Shown: in pieces, positions 1 through 8,733 of the stretch
Numbering within the stretch: the stretch's first letter is position 1
How the letters are laid out: each line of letters opens with the position of its first letter
Assembly: GCA_019347975.1 (NCBI GenBank)
Contig: JAHWKI010000001.1
Span: 1 to 44,367, forward strand
Source of the DNA: Gemmatimonadota bacterium
GTDB lineage: Bacteria > Gemmatimonadota > Gemmatimonadetes > Longimicrobiales > RSA9
Length of the DNA: 44,367 bases
Direction: 5' to 3'
Program-made: the position numbers and the translations under genes
Notes under the pieces: generated by a model
The model's input: the letters and a program-made list of their open reading frames with translations, nothing else
What the model was told of the DNA's origin: nothing
Databases searched by the model: none

Positions 1-1098
1 CGCCTGGTCGAGGAGGAACTCGTGCGTGAATCGATCGGCGTAGGCGTGGAGGAGGACGCAGTCGGCGTCCCGGCCGTCGCGCCCGGCGCGCCCCGCCTCC
101 TGGTAGTAGTCCTCCAGGGTAGAGGGGGTGTTGTAGTGGACCACGAGTCGCACGTCGGGCTTGTCGATCCCCATGCCGAACGCGTTCGTCGCCACGACCA
201 CGCGCAGGCCCCCGGCCATGAAGGAGTCCTGGAGCCGCTGGCGCTCTCCCGCCCCGATGCCGGCGTGGTAGCCGCCGGCGGGGACACCCCGCCGGTTCAG
301 GAGGTGGGCGACCGCATCCACCGACTTCCGGGTGGTGGCATAGACGATGGCGGACCCACTCCCGCCCCCGCGCCGGCGATCGCCGAGCAGGCGGACGAGG
401 AGGTCATCCTTCTCGCCATCGTTCTTCGCGGCGAGGACGTGCCAGAGGAGATTCGGGCGGTCGAACCCTTTGGCCACGACGACGGGCCTCTGGAGTCGCG
501 TATGGCGCGCGATATCCTCGCGGACGCCCGGGGTGGCGGTGGCGGTGAGCGCCATGGCCGGGCACCCGAGACGCTCGCGAACATCGCCGAGGCGCATGTA
601 GGCCGGGCGGAAATCGTGGCCCCACTGGGAGATGCAGTGCGCCTCATCGACGACGAAGAGCGACACTCGGAGCCGGTCGAGCCGCTCCATGAAGGAGCGG
701 GCGGCGAAGCGCTCGGGAGCGACGTAGAGGAGCCGGGTCTCCCCTCTCTCGACGGCCTCCAGGCGCTCCCTCGCCTCTTCGGGCTGGAGGGTGGAGTTGA
801 TGAAGGTGGCAGCGATGCCCGCGCGCCGGAGCCCGTCGACCTGGTCCTTCATGAGGGAGATGAGCGGGCTCACCACCAGCGTGGTCCCCGGGAGGAGCTG
901 GGACGGGATCTGGTAGCAGAGGCTCTTCCCGCCACCGGTGGGCATCAGGACCAGGACGTCGCGACCGGCGAGGGCGGCCTCGACCGCGCGGGCCTGGCCT
1001 GGCCGGAAGTCGTCATAGCCGAAGTGGCGCTTCAGGAGGGCGCGGGCGTCGGCGGCGGCCGGCCGGGGCGAACCGGGGGTGCGCGGGATCGTCGTCAT
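1..1098 (-). CDS. recQ: ATP-dependent DNA helicase RecQ, N-terminal ~366 codons. The 3' end runs off the window, so there is no in-window stop and it is missing from the ORF track.
   Basis: Own reverse-complement translation from ATG (cat at 1096-1098): MTTIPRTPG...LLKRHFGYDDFRPGQ...LMPTGGGKSLCYQIP (Walker A)...LFVVDEAHCISQWGHDFRP (DEAH box)...ATNAFGMGIDKPDVRLVVHY...YYQEAGRAGRDG. The frame stays open to position 1 (1098 nt = 366 codons). Confidence 0.9.
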   Translation of the reverse strand, partial: MTTIPRTPGSPRPAAADARALLKRHFGYDDFRPGQARAVEAALAGRDVLVLMPTGGGKSLCYQIPSQLLPGTTLVVSPLISLMKDQVDGLRRAGIAATFINSTLQPEEARERLEAVERGETRLLYVAPERFAARSFMERLDRLRVSLFVVDEAHCISQWGHDFRPAYMRLGDVRERLGCPAMALTATATPGVREDIARHTRLQRPVVVAKGFDRPNLLWHVLAAKNDGEKDDLLVRLLGDRRRGGGSGSAIVYATTRKSVDAVAHLLNRRGVPAGGYHAGIGAGERQRLQDSFMAGGLRVVVATNAFGMGIDKPDVRLVVHYNTPSTLEDYYQEAGRAGRDGRDADCVLLHAYADRFTHEFLLDQA

Positions 1099-1150
1099 GG
1101 GCGGAGAGTGGCTGCGCGGGCGGGGCGGGAGAATGGCGGAACGGGACGGG

Positions 1151-1183
1151 TCGACGACTCGACTACGACTTCGACTTCGAGTG
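1151..1183. repeat. Degenerate hexamer tandem repeat (CGACTN)n, tcgacgactcgactacgacttcgacttcgagtg, in the recQ / DUF4235 divergent intergenic region
   Basis: Read directly. Same unit as at 2536-2555 and, reverse-complemented, at 12154-12189. Confidence 0.6.
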
Positions 1184-1242
1184 GTCCGGGCACCCGGTTT
1201 GCTCGGAGGCGGGCCTGGTGAGGACAACGGAACGGAGGAGCG

Positions 1243-1524
1243 ATGAGCTGGATGGACGAGGAGACCACCTGGCAGGTGGTGGCGGTGGGGAGCGCGGCGC
1301 TGGCGGGGATCGGGGCGCGCGCGCTGATGAACAGCGGGTGGAAGCTGGTGCGCGGGGGCGAGCCGCCCGAGAATCCGGCGGCGCGGTCGGTGGACTGGAG
1401 CGAGGCGATCGCGTGGACCGTGGTAACCGGCGTGGTGGTCGGGCTGATGCGCCTGCTGGCGGAGCGGGGGGCGGCGACCGGCTGGCACAGGATGAAGGGC
1501 CACTACCCGAAGGGCCTGGACTGA
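1243..1524 (+). CDS. Small membrane-associated protein, DUF4235-like
   Basis: 93-aa ORF with GGAGGAG Shine-Dalgarno 4-5 nt upstream of the ATG. The layout (short helix, SGWKLV.G..PP, then hydrophobic C-terminal helix) resembles DUF4235 proteins. Confidence 0.55.
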   Translation: MSWMDEETTWQVVAVGSAALAGIGARALMNSGWKLVRGGEPPENPAARSVDWSEAIAWTVVTGVVVGLMRLLAERGAATGWHRMKGHYPKGLD

Positions 1525-1543
1525 GCCCGCAGAGCCGGCTCAG
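1521..1543. terminator. Hairpin spanning both stop codons of convergent genes (ctgagc-N11-gctcag; inner 10-bp palindrome gagccggctc at 1532-1541)
   Basis: Inverted repeat read directly. There is no clear U-tract. Confidence 0.3.
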
Positions 1544-1755
1544 CCCTGCGACCGGTCCTGCGGGTCGTCGGAAGGATCCCGGCGCGGCGCGAAGCGGATG
1601 AAGATGCCCCCCGCCAGGACGAGCGCGGCGACACCGACCACCCAGTCGTTCTGGAGGATCATGCCGACCAGCGCGAGGAGCGCGCCGACGGTGAAGATCG
1701 CGATCTTCGCCGGCAGCCGGTCGTCGTCCTCCGCATCGCCGCGTCTGAAGAACAC
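1540..1755 (-). CDS. Small two-TM membrane protein, unknown function
   Basis: 71-aa ORF with GTG start 4 nt after the crotonase stop. Two hydrophobic helices flanked by charged termini. Confidence 0.45.
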   Translation of the reverse strand: MFFRRGDAEDDDRLPAKIAIFTVGALLALVGMILQNDWVVGVAALVLAGGIFIRFAPRRDPSDDPQDRSQG

Positions 1756-1759
1756 CGGA

Positions 1760-2536
1760 TCAGCCCCCGCCTTCTTTCTTTTCCAGGAAGCGCTTGACGC
1801 CCGCTATGGTGTCGGGCGTCATGCGGGCGAGCACGTTGACCTCGGCGCCGCGGGCGATGGCCTCCTCGAAGGACAGGCCGTCCATCCCGTAGAGGAGCCG
1901 CTTGATCAGCGAGACGGCCGAGGCCGAGCGGGCGGCGATCTCCTCGGCGTAGCTTCGGACGCCGTCCTCGAACTCCTGCTCGGGGAGGACGCGGTTCACC
2001 AGGCCGAGGCCAAGGGCCTCCTCCGCGCCGATCCGATCGCCCCGGACCACCAGCTCGAACGCCACCTTCTCGCCCACGGCCCTGCGGAGCAGCGCCATCA
2101 CCATGGCGGGAACGAAGCCGAGATGCACCTCGGGATACCCGAAGACGGCATCCTCCCGCGCCAGCACGATGTCGCACGCGGTGGCGAGGCCGGCGCCGCC
2201 GGCGAGGGCGTGGCCGTGAACGGCGGCGAGAATGGGCTTCGGGTGCCGTCGCATGGCGACCAGGAGCGAGCCCAGGGACTCGGCGTCCGCGAGGTTCGCC
2301 GCGGGATCCGACTCGGTGGCGACGCGGCGCAGCGCCTCGAGGTCTGCGCCCGCGCAGAAATCGGGGCCGTCGCCGCGGAGGAGCAGCACGCGAACGTCAT
2401 CGGCGGCCGCGGCATCGGCGAGCTCGATCGTGAGCTCGGTGATGAGCTGGTCATCGAGCGCGTTGCGCTTGGCCGGGCGGGCGAGGGTCAGCGTGCGGAC
2501 GCCGGCATGGGTGGCGGAGCGCAGGGTTGGGGTCAC
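1760..2536 (-). CDS. Enoyl-CoA hydratase/isomerase (crotonase) family protein
   Basis: 258 aa with crotonase motifs ...VLLLRGDGPDFCAGADL... and ...AAVHGHALAGGAGLATACD.... The GTG start overlaps the upstream stop (GTGA). Confidence 0.9.
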   Translation of the reverse strand: MTPTLRSATHAGVRTLTLARPAKRNALDDQLITELTIELADAAAADDVRVLLLRGDGPDFCAGADLEALRRVATESDPAANLADAESLGSLLVAMRRHPKPILAAVHGHALAGGAGLATACDIVLAREDAVFGYPEVHLGFVPAMVMALLRRAVGEKVAFELVVRGDRIGAEEALGLGLVNRVLPEQEFEDGVRSYAEEIAARSASAVSLIKRLLYGMDGLSFEEAIARGAEVNVLARMTPDTIAGVKRFLEKKEGGG

Positions 2537-2874
2537 GACTTCGACTTCGACTTCGCCGCGGGCACGTCGAGCTCGAGGCGGAGCATGGCGGTGCTGAACG
2601 TCTTGCCCTGGGCGTCGGTCATGAGGGAGACGGTGCCGCCCCCGCCGAGGGCGTTGTGGAGGAGGAAGTTGAGGGCGCCGAGGTTGGGGAGCTCGAACCG
2701 CTCGACATCGCCCTTGACCAGGTCGCCGAAATGCTCCTTCACGCGCGCGGCGGTGAGCTGGTCGACGAGGAGAGGGTAGTCCTCCTCGCGGTAGGCGATG
2801 ACGCCGACGTTGACGGTGTCGCCCTTGTCACCGGAGCGGGTGTGGGCCAGGTCGCGGAGGAGGATCTTGGGCAT
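2533..2874 (-). CDS. AtuA-associated small protein (DUF4387-like)
   Basis: 113 aa, MPKILLRDLAHTRSGDKGDTVNVGVIAY.... This is the type of small partner normally found directly downstream of DUF1446/AtuA. The C-terminal AAKSKSKS tail is encoded by the hexamer repeat. Confidence 0.75.
   Translation of the reverse strand: MPKILLRDLAHTRSGDKGDTVNVGVIAYREEDYPLLVDQLTAARVKEHFGDLVKGDVERFELPNLGALNFLLHNALGGGGTVSLMTDAQGKTFSTAMLRLELDVPAAKSKSKS
2536..2555. repeat. (CGACTT)x3 hexamer repeat, in frame, encoding the KSKSKS C-terminus of the DUF4387-like protein
   Basis: cgacttcgacttcgacttcg read directly. It lies immediately next to the stop/start overlap with the crotonase gene. Confidence 0.7.
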
Positions 2875-2900
2875 TCAGGGGCTCGGTCGTTGACGCACGG

Positions 2901-4289
2901 CTAGGCTTCCGTCACTTCCACGCGCAGGTTCGCCTCGATCTCCTCACGATCGATCAACGCGGGCCAGAACGCCATGATCTCCTGCACGCGCGGGCGCCCG
3001 CCGGCGAAGCCGGTGACGGACGGGGGGCCGCTGAGGATGAGCGGAGCGATCTCGCGGGTGAAGCGCTCGACGGGCTCGCGCTCCTGGCTGCGGACGGCGA
3101 TCCGGAGCTCGACCTCGGGGAGGTCCTCGGGCGGCGGCCCGGCGAGGTGGCCGTGGGTGGAGTTCCAGCCGACGAACTCGGTACGGATCTCCTCGAATTC
3201 GAGGCCCATGCGGTCGAGCCGCTCGCGGAGGAGCCGGTCCGCCGCGCTGGCCTTCTTCACGGCATCCGGCCACGAGTAGACGAGCGTGCCCACGGCCTTC
3301 CACCCGGCCGCGTAGGCGATGCTGACCTTGAGGCTTTCGGTCCTCGGCTTGCCTTTCACGCCGCTGACGCGGACGCGGTTCTCGCCGTCGGATTCGAGGC
3401 GGATCGTCGTGAAGTCGGCGACGACATCGGGCGTGATGTACTCCGCCGGATCCCCCATCTCGTACAGGAGCTGCTCCTTCACGACCGCGGGGTCGATCCG
3501 GCCGCCGGTGCCCTCGTGCTTGGTGACGACGAACGTGCCGTCGGGGTACGCCTCGATGATGGGGTAGCCGACACCGGCCAGGTCGGGGACGTTCTCCCAG
3601 TCGATGAGGCAGTTCCCGCCGGAGGCCTGGGCGCCGCACTCGTTGATGTGCCCGGCCACGACACCGGCTGCGAGGCGGTCGACCTGGTCGGGCGCCCAGC
3701 CGAAGGCGTGGATCATGGGGGCGTACGTGAGCGCGGTGTCGGTGGCGCGGCCGGTGACGACCACGGTCGCGCCGCGGTCCAGGGCCTGGACGATGGGCTT
3801 CGCGCCGATGTAGACGTTGGCGCTCGCGACGCGGCCGAGCACGTCGGCCAGGGGCCGCCCGGTCTCCATGTGCCGGAGCTCGTGCCCCTCCGCGACGAGC
3901 TGCTCGAGGCGACTCATCAGGTCGTCGCCCACCACGATCCCGATCCTCGCCCGGGTCCCGCTCTTGCCCGCGCTCGTGCGCGCCGCGGCAAGGAGGGCAT
4001 CGCGGCAGCCCTCGAGGTTCACGCCGCCGGCGTTCGTCACCACGCGGACGCCCTTCTCCAGCAGGTCGGGGAAGAGCTCCTCCATGAGGGGGATGAAGTC
4101 GCGGGCGTACCCCTGGGAGGGGTCGCGAGCGCGCTGCTTCTGGAGGATGGACATGGTGACCTCGGCGAGGTAGTCCAGCATAAGGAAGTCGATGGGACCG
4201 CGGCGGACCTGCTCGACGGGCGCATCGAGCCGGTCTCCCCAGAAGCCCTGTCCGCTTCCGATGCGGATCATTTCCGGACCGTCAGTCAT
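2901..4289 (-). CDS. Acyclic terpene utilisation AtuA family protein (DUF1446)
   Basis: 462 aa. N-terminus IRIGSGQGFWGDRLD...IDFLMLDYLAEVTMSIL is typical of AtuA/DUF1446. Followed by its usual small partner. Confidence 0.85.
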   Translation of the reverse strand: MTDGPEMIRIGSGQGFWGDRLDAPVEQVRRGPIDFLMLDYLAEVTMSILQKQRARDPSQGYARDFIPLMEELFPDLLEKGVRVVTNAGGVNLEGCRDALLAAARTSAGKSGTRARIGIVVGDDLMSRLEQLVAEGHELRHMETGRPLADVLGRVASANVYIGAKPIVQALDRGATVVVTGRATDTALTYAPMIHAFGWAPDQVDRLAAGVVAGHINECGAQASGGNCLIDWENVPDLAGVGYPIIEAYPDGTFVVTKHEGTGGRIDPAVVKEQLLYEMGDPAEYITPDVVADFTTIRLESDGENRVRVSGVKGKPRTESLKVSIAYAAGWKAVGTLVYSWPDAVKKASAADRLLRERLDRMGLEFEEIRTEFVGWNSTHGHLAGPPPEDLPEVELRIAVRSQEREPVERFTREIAPLILSGPPSVTGFAGGRPRVQEIMAFWPALIDREEIEANLRVEVTEA

Positions 4290-5685
4290 GGGCGTGCTGC
4301 GCCCCGGCCCGTGTCACCATGCCGGGATTCCCGCGGCTCCGCAGAATGAAGTAACCGGCCACGCCCGCGACCGTGGAGGCGCCGAGGACGCCGACCTTGG
4401 CGAGCTCCAGCGTGGTCGCCGTGAACGCCAGGTTGGCAATGAAGAGGGACATGGTGAAGCCGATCCCGCCCAGCAGTCCGACGCCGACCAGGTGCATGCC
4501 GCGGACCCCCGCGGGGAGGCCGGCGAGGCCCAGCTTCACGGCGATGGCGGCGAAGGCCGCGATCCCGATTGGCTTGCCGATCAGCAGCCCGAGGGCGATG
4601 CCGAGCACGACGGGGCTCCCCACTCCGCCGATGACCTCCGGCTCGAGCGCGACGCCCGCGTTGGCCAGGGCGAAGAGCGGCATGATGCCGAACGCGACCC
4701 ACGGGACCAGGGCGTGCTCGATGCTGAGCAGCGGCGACTGCACGCCCTCCGCGGCTTCCTCCAGTCGCTCCAGCGCGGACTCCTGGCGCTGGGTGAGCGG
4801 GCCGGAGGGGTCGCTCCGCACGCCGTCGGCCTCGAAGGTCTGGAGGTACTCCCGTGCGCTCCCCACGAACTCCATGACGTTGATCTTCGTCCGCGCCGGG
4901 ATCGTGATGGCCAGGAGCACGCCGGCGATGGTCGCGTGGACGCCGGACTTGAGGAAGAAGTACCAGAGGACCACGCCGAGGGCCGCGTAGACCGCCGGGC
5001 GCCGTATGCCGCCGCGGTTGGCGCCGAAGAGAACGATCAGCGTGAGCCCGCCATACATGAGCATGTTCCAGTCGATGCCCTCGGAGTAGAAGAGGGCGAT
5101 GACCAGGACGGCGCCCAGGTCGTCCACGATCGCGAGGGCGGCCAGGAAGATCTTGAGGCCCGTGGGGGCCCGCGAGCCCAGGAGCGCCAGGACGCCGAGA
5201 GCGAACGCGATGTCCGTGGCCATGGGGACGCCCCAGCCGCGCAGCTCGGGCGTCCCGGCGTTGAAGGCGACGTAGATGAGCGCGGGGACGACCATCCCGC
5301 CGATGGCGGCGGCGATGGGGAGGGCCGCCTTCTTGGGCGAGGCGAGCTCTCCGACCAGCACCTCGCGCTTGATCTCGAGGCCGACCATGAAGAAGAACAC
5401 GGCCATGAGGCCGTCGTTGATCCAGTGGTGGAGGGAGTAGTCGAGCTGGATCGGCCCGCCACCGACGACGACGTGCGTTTCCCAGAGGTGGAAATAGCTC
5501 TCGCCCCAGGGCGAGTTCGCCCACAGGAGCGCCAGGGCCGCGCAGATGAGGAGTACGATCCCGCTGGCGGACTCGGCCCGGAAGAACTCGCCGAACGGTG
5601 TGACCAGGCGCCGGACGAGGGTGTGGCGTGTGCCCGGGCGATTGAACCCGGGGAAGTTGGAGTCGGGCTTCCTCGGATCGGTCAC
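4282..5685 (-). CDS. nhaA: Na+/H+ antiporter NhaA
   Basis: 467 aa, multipass. Characteristic LHHWINDGLMAVFFFMVGLEIKRE motif. Overlaps the downstream atuA-like start by 8 nt and the upstream carboxyltransferase stop by 4 nt. Confidence 0.9.
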   Translation of the reverse strand: MTDPRKPDSNFPGFNRPGTRHTLVRRLVTPFGEFFRAESASGIVLLICAALALLWANSPWGESYFHLWETHVVVGGGPIQLDYSLHHWINDGLMAVFFFMVGLEIKREVLVGELASPKKAALPIAAAIGGMVVPALIYVAFNAGTPELRGWGVPMATDIAFALGVLALLGSRAPTGLKIFLAALAIVDDLGAVLVIALFYSEGIDWNMLMYGGLTLIVLFGANRGGIRRPAVYAALGVVLWYFFLKSGVHATIAGVLLAITIPARTKINVMEFVGSAREYLQTFEADGVRSDPSGPLTQRQESALERLEEAAEGVQSPLLSIEHALVPWVAFGIMPLFALANAGVALEPEVIGGVGSPVVLGIALGLLIGKPIGIAAFAAIAVKLGLAGLPAGVRGMHLVGVGLLGGIGFTMSLFIANLAFTATTLELAKVGVLGASTVAGVAGYFILRSRGNPGMVTRAGAQHAHD

Positions 5686-7346
5686 AGCGCCTCCAGGCTG
5701 CCGAAGGGCCCCAGGTGGGGCCCGGGGTTGTGGAGCGAGGCGCGGAGCGCCAGGGACAGGGTGGACCGGACCCGCTCGGGCGGGATCACGGCGTCGACGA
5801 AGCCGCGCGCGGCGGCGTAGCGGGCGTCGAGCTGGCGCTCGTAGTCATCGCGAACGGCGTCCATTTTCTTCTGGAGCTCCTCTCCGGGTTTTTCCTTCCT
5901 CTTCCTGATCTCCTCGAGCTGCGGGCCGAACAGGGCCACGACGGCGCTCTCCCCCTCCATGACGCCCATCCGTCCGGTGGGCAGGGTGAAGATGAAATCG
6001 GGGTCGAAGCCCTGGCCGGCCATGGCGTAGTAGCCGGCCCCCGACGCATGATTGAGCGTCAGGACCATCTTGGGCACTCTGGCCGTGGCCATGGCCTCCA
6101 CGAACCGGGCCCCCGCCCGGATGATGCCGGACTGCTCCGCCTCGACCCCGACCATGAACCCGCTGACGTCCTGGACGAAGAGGATCGGCGTCCGGTGGCG
6201 GCTCATGGTCTCGATGAAGTAGGCCGCCTTCTCGGCGCTGTCCGTGTAGACGATCCCGCCGAACTTCGGCGGACCCCCGGTGGGCGGCTCGATCATCCCG
6301 CGCCGGTTGGCGAGGACCCCGACGGCCACTCCGTCGAGCCGCCCGGTGGCGCAGAGCATCTCGGGGGCCCGATCCGCCTGGAACTCGTCCCACCGCCCGC
6401 CGTCGAGGAGGGCGCGGAGGACAGCTTCGATGTCGTAGGGCTGCCGGTGGTCGTCGGGGATCACGTCGTACAGCGAGCCCGCGGGCTCCGCCGGCGCCTC
6501 CGCCTCGGCCACCGCGGCGCTCGGCGGCTGGTAGGGCAGCTCCTCGATGAGCTGGCGGATGCGGTCCAGGCAGGCGCGGTCGTCGGCCGAGCGGTAGTGG
6601 GCGACGCCGCTGATCGCGTTGTGGGTCCACGCCCCGCCCAGCTCCTCCGCCTCGACGGTCTGCCCGGTGGCGCCCTTCACGAGGTTGGGGCCGCCGAGCC
6701 CCATGAAGCTGGTGCCCTCCACCATGAGGATCACATCGCTCAGCGCCGGAAGGTACGCGCCCCCCGCGATGCAGGGGCCCATCACGGCGGCGATCTGCGG
6801 CACGTGGAGGTACCGACGCATGATGGAGTTGTAGTAGAAGAGCCGGGCCGCGCCGTACTGGCCGGGGAAGACGCCCCCCTGGTAGGGGAGGTTGACGCCG
6901 GCGGAGTCCACCAGATAGACGATGGGGATCCGGCACCGCATGGCCGCTTCCTGGGCGCGGAGCATCTTCGTGATGGTCTCCGGCCACCAGGAGCCGGCCT
7001 TGACGGTGGCGTCGTTGGCGATGACGACGATGGGCCGGCCGTGGACCGTCCCGATGCCCGTGACCACCCCGGCGGAAGGGGCCTGGCCGTCGTAGCGGTC
7101 GTGGGCGACCAGGAGGCCGATCTCGAGGAGGTCGGTGCGCGGGTCCAGCAGGAGCGCGATCCGCTCGCGGGCGGTCAGCTTCCCCGCGTCGTGCTGACGT
7201 CGGATCCGCTCCTCACCCCCGCCCTGCCGGAGCTCCGCCTCGAGCGCCTCCAGCTCGGCCACCAGGCGCCGAAGACGACCATCCGAGCTCCCACCGCGGG
7301 GCGTCGCGCCGTCATCGGCGCCCGCCCGCTCCACCACCCTGGGCAC
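5682..7346 (-). CDS. Acyl-CoA carboxylase carboxyltransferase (beta) subunit, MccB/AtuC/PccB family
   Basis: 554 aa; ...HDAGKLTARERIALLLDP..., ...GPCIAGGAYLPALSDVILMV..., two CT halves. GTG start. Confidence 0.88.
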   Translation of the reverse strand: MPRVVERAGADDGATPRGGSSDGRLRRLVAELEALEAELRQGGGEERIRRQHDAGKLTARERIALLLDPRTDLLEIGLLVAHDRYDGQAPSAGVVTGIGTVHGRPIVVIANDATVKAGSWWPETITKMLRAQEAAMRCRIPIVYLVDSAGVNLPYQGGVFPGQYGAARLFYYNSIMRRYLHVPQIAAVMGPCIAGGAYLPALSDVILMVEGTSFMGLGGPNLVKGATGQTVEAEELGGAWTHNAISGVAHYRSADDRACLDRIRQLIEELPYQPPSAAVAEAEAPAEPAGSLYDVIPDDHRQPYDIEAVLRALLDGGRWDEFQADRAPEMLCATGRLDGVAVGVLANRRGMIEPPTGGPPKFGGIVYTDSAEKAAYFIETMSRHRTPILFVQDVSGFMVGVEAEQSGIIRAGARFVEAMATARVPKMVLTLNHASGAGYYAMAGQGFDPDFIFTLPTGRMGVMEGESAVVALFGPQLEEIRKRKEKPGEELQKKMDAVRDDYERQLDARYAAARGFVDAVIPPERVRSTLSLALRASLHNPGPHLGPFGSLEAL

Positions 7347-7352
7347 CCGGCC

Positions 7353-7769
7353 CTACCGGCTCCCCGCCGTCTGGCGCTCCGCGAACCAGCCGCGGATGTA
7401 CTCGATCGGCTCCATGGTAGGCGTCCCCGGACCGAAGAGGCGTCCGACGCCCTGGGCGGAGAGCGACACCATGTCCTCGTCGGGGATGATCCCGCCGCCG
7501 GTGAGGAGGATGTGGTCGCCGCCCTCCTCGCGGAGGAGCTCGAGAACGCGGGGGAACAGGGTCATGTGGGCCCCGGAGAGGATGGAGAGCGCGACGACGT
7601 CCACGTCCTCCTGAATGGCTGCGTTCACGACCATCTCGGGCGTCTGGTGGAGCCCGGTGTAGATCACCTCGAACCCCGCATCCCGCATGGCGCTGGCCAT
7701 CACCTTGGCGCCGCGGTCGTGCCCGTCGAGGCCGGGCTTCGCGACCAGCACCCGGATCTTTCGTTCCAT
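7353..7769 (-). CDS. Cobalamin-binding small subunit of a split acyl-CoA mutase (IcmB-like)
   Basis: 138 aa. [13 protein letters not shown] carries the DxHxxG B12-binding motif, and ...ALSILSGAH... is typical of this domain. Confidence 0.88.
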   Translation of the reverse strand: MERKIRVLVAKPGLDGHDRGAKVMASAMRDAGFEVIYTGLHQTPEMVVNAAIQEDVDVVALSILSGAHMTLFPRVLELLREEGGDHILLTGGGIIPDEDMVSLSAQGVGRLFGPGTPTMEPIEYIRGWFAERQTAGSR

Positions 7770-7887
7770 GCGTACCGTCCCCTTCGTCTCTGCCGTCGAT
7801 CAGGGCGCCAAGGTAATCCACGCGCCTTCGGCCGGGCAACTTGGCGGAGGCCCCCCGTTCTCCTGCCCCCGCGCCGCGCGCGTATGC

Positions 7888-8733
7888 TCAGGATGGGGTC
7901 GCCAGGAGGATCAGCCGCGGGGATGTCGCCTCGAAGGGCGAGCCGTCCCAGTCACCGAGGCTCTGGCGGATCCCGAGCCCCGACGCCTCGACGAGGGCGA
8001 TCACCTCCGTGGCGCTCCGGATCCGCAGCGCGTGTCGCTTCTCTCCCTCCCCGGCGGGTCCTCGCCAGCGCAGCACCTCACGGCAGATGCCCCGTACCGG
8101 GTCGAAGCGGCGGCGGGCCCGGACCTCCGTGCCGTCCTCGAGGAACCAGCGGACGCGAGGGGCGAAGTCCGCCAGGACGTCGTCCCGGTGCATACCCTCG
8201 AGCAGCAGCCGACCTGCGGGCCCGAGCACGCGGCGGACCTCGGCGAGAGCGGCGCGTGCGGGAGCATCGTCGAGGAAGAGACCGAGGCTGGTGGCGAGGT
8301 TCAGGACCACATCGAAGACGCCGTCGCCGAACGGCAGCGCGCGCATGTCGGCGGCCACGAGGGGCGATCGGCCGGTCTCCCCTACCGGGACCCGGCGGAG
8401 GAGGTCGACCGAGAGGTCGGCGCCGGTGATCTCGTGGCCGGCCTGCGCGAGCGGGGCGAGGTGCCGCCCCCAGCCGCAGCCGAGATCGAGGACGCGGTCC
8501 TCCTGCGCGAGTCCGAGGATCTCCCGCAGGGCCGCGACCTCGCGTCGCGCGTCCTCCTCGTCGTGGAACGGCGCGAGGAGGCGGCGGTAGTCGTCGTCGA
8601 AGAAGTCGGCGGGCGCCGTCGCTGGCCGTCGCTCCGACGGCTCCGGCGGGTCAGTCGCGGACGGGCGGTTCATCCCCGTCGTCCGGAATGGCCGCATCGA
8701 GGAGAAGGGCGACGCGGAGGATGCGGCGACCAT
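7888..8733 (-). CDS. Class I SAM-dependent methyltransferase
   Basis: VLDLGCGWGRH is SAM-binding motif I. The ORF start at 8733 overlaps the upstream corC-like gene. In-frame ATGs at 8697 and 8673 are alternative starts. Confidence 0.75.
   Translation of the reverse strand: MVAASSASPFSSMRPFRTTGMNRPSATDPPEPSERRPATAPADFFDDDYRRLLAPFHDEEDARREVAALREILGLAQEDRVLDLGCGWGRHLAPLAQAGHEITGADLSVDLLRRVPVGETGRSPLVAADMRALPFGDGVFDVVLNLATSLGLFLDDAPARAALAEVRRVLGPAGRLLLEGMHRDDVLADFAPRVRWFLEDGTEVRARRRFDPVRGICREVLRWRGPAGEGEKRHALRIRSATEVIALVEASGLGIRQSLGDWDGSPFEATSPRLILLATPS

Noticed and set aside
22-1221. 399-aa plus-strand ORF covering the first 1.2 kb
   Set aside because: It is antisense to a clean RecQ reading frame with Walker A and DEAH motifs. 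Its composition (Gly/Arg/Ala/Pro/Val) is typical of mirror-frame ORFs in high-GC DNA, and it has no recognisable motifs.
5715-8429. 904-aa plus-strand ORF
   Set aside because: It is antisense to three well-supported minus-strand genes (carboxyltransferase, B12-binding subunit, methyltransferase). It is extremely Arg/Gly/Pro-rich and low in complexity. High-GC artefact.
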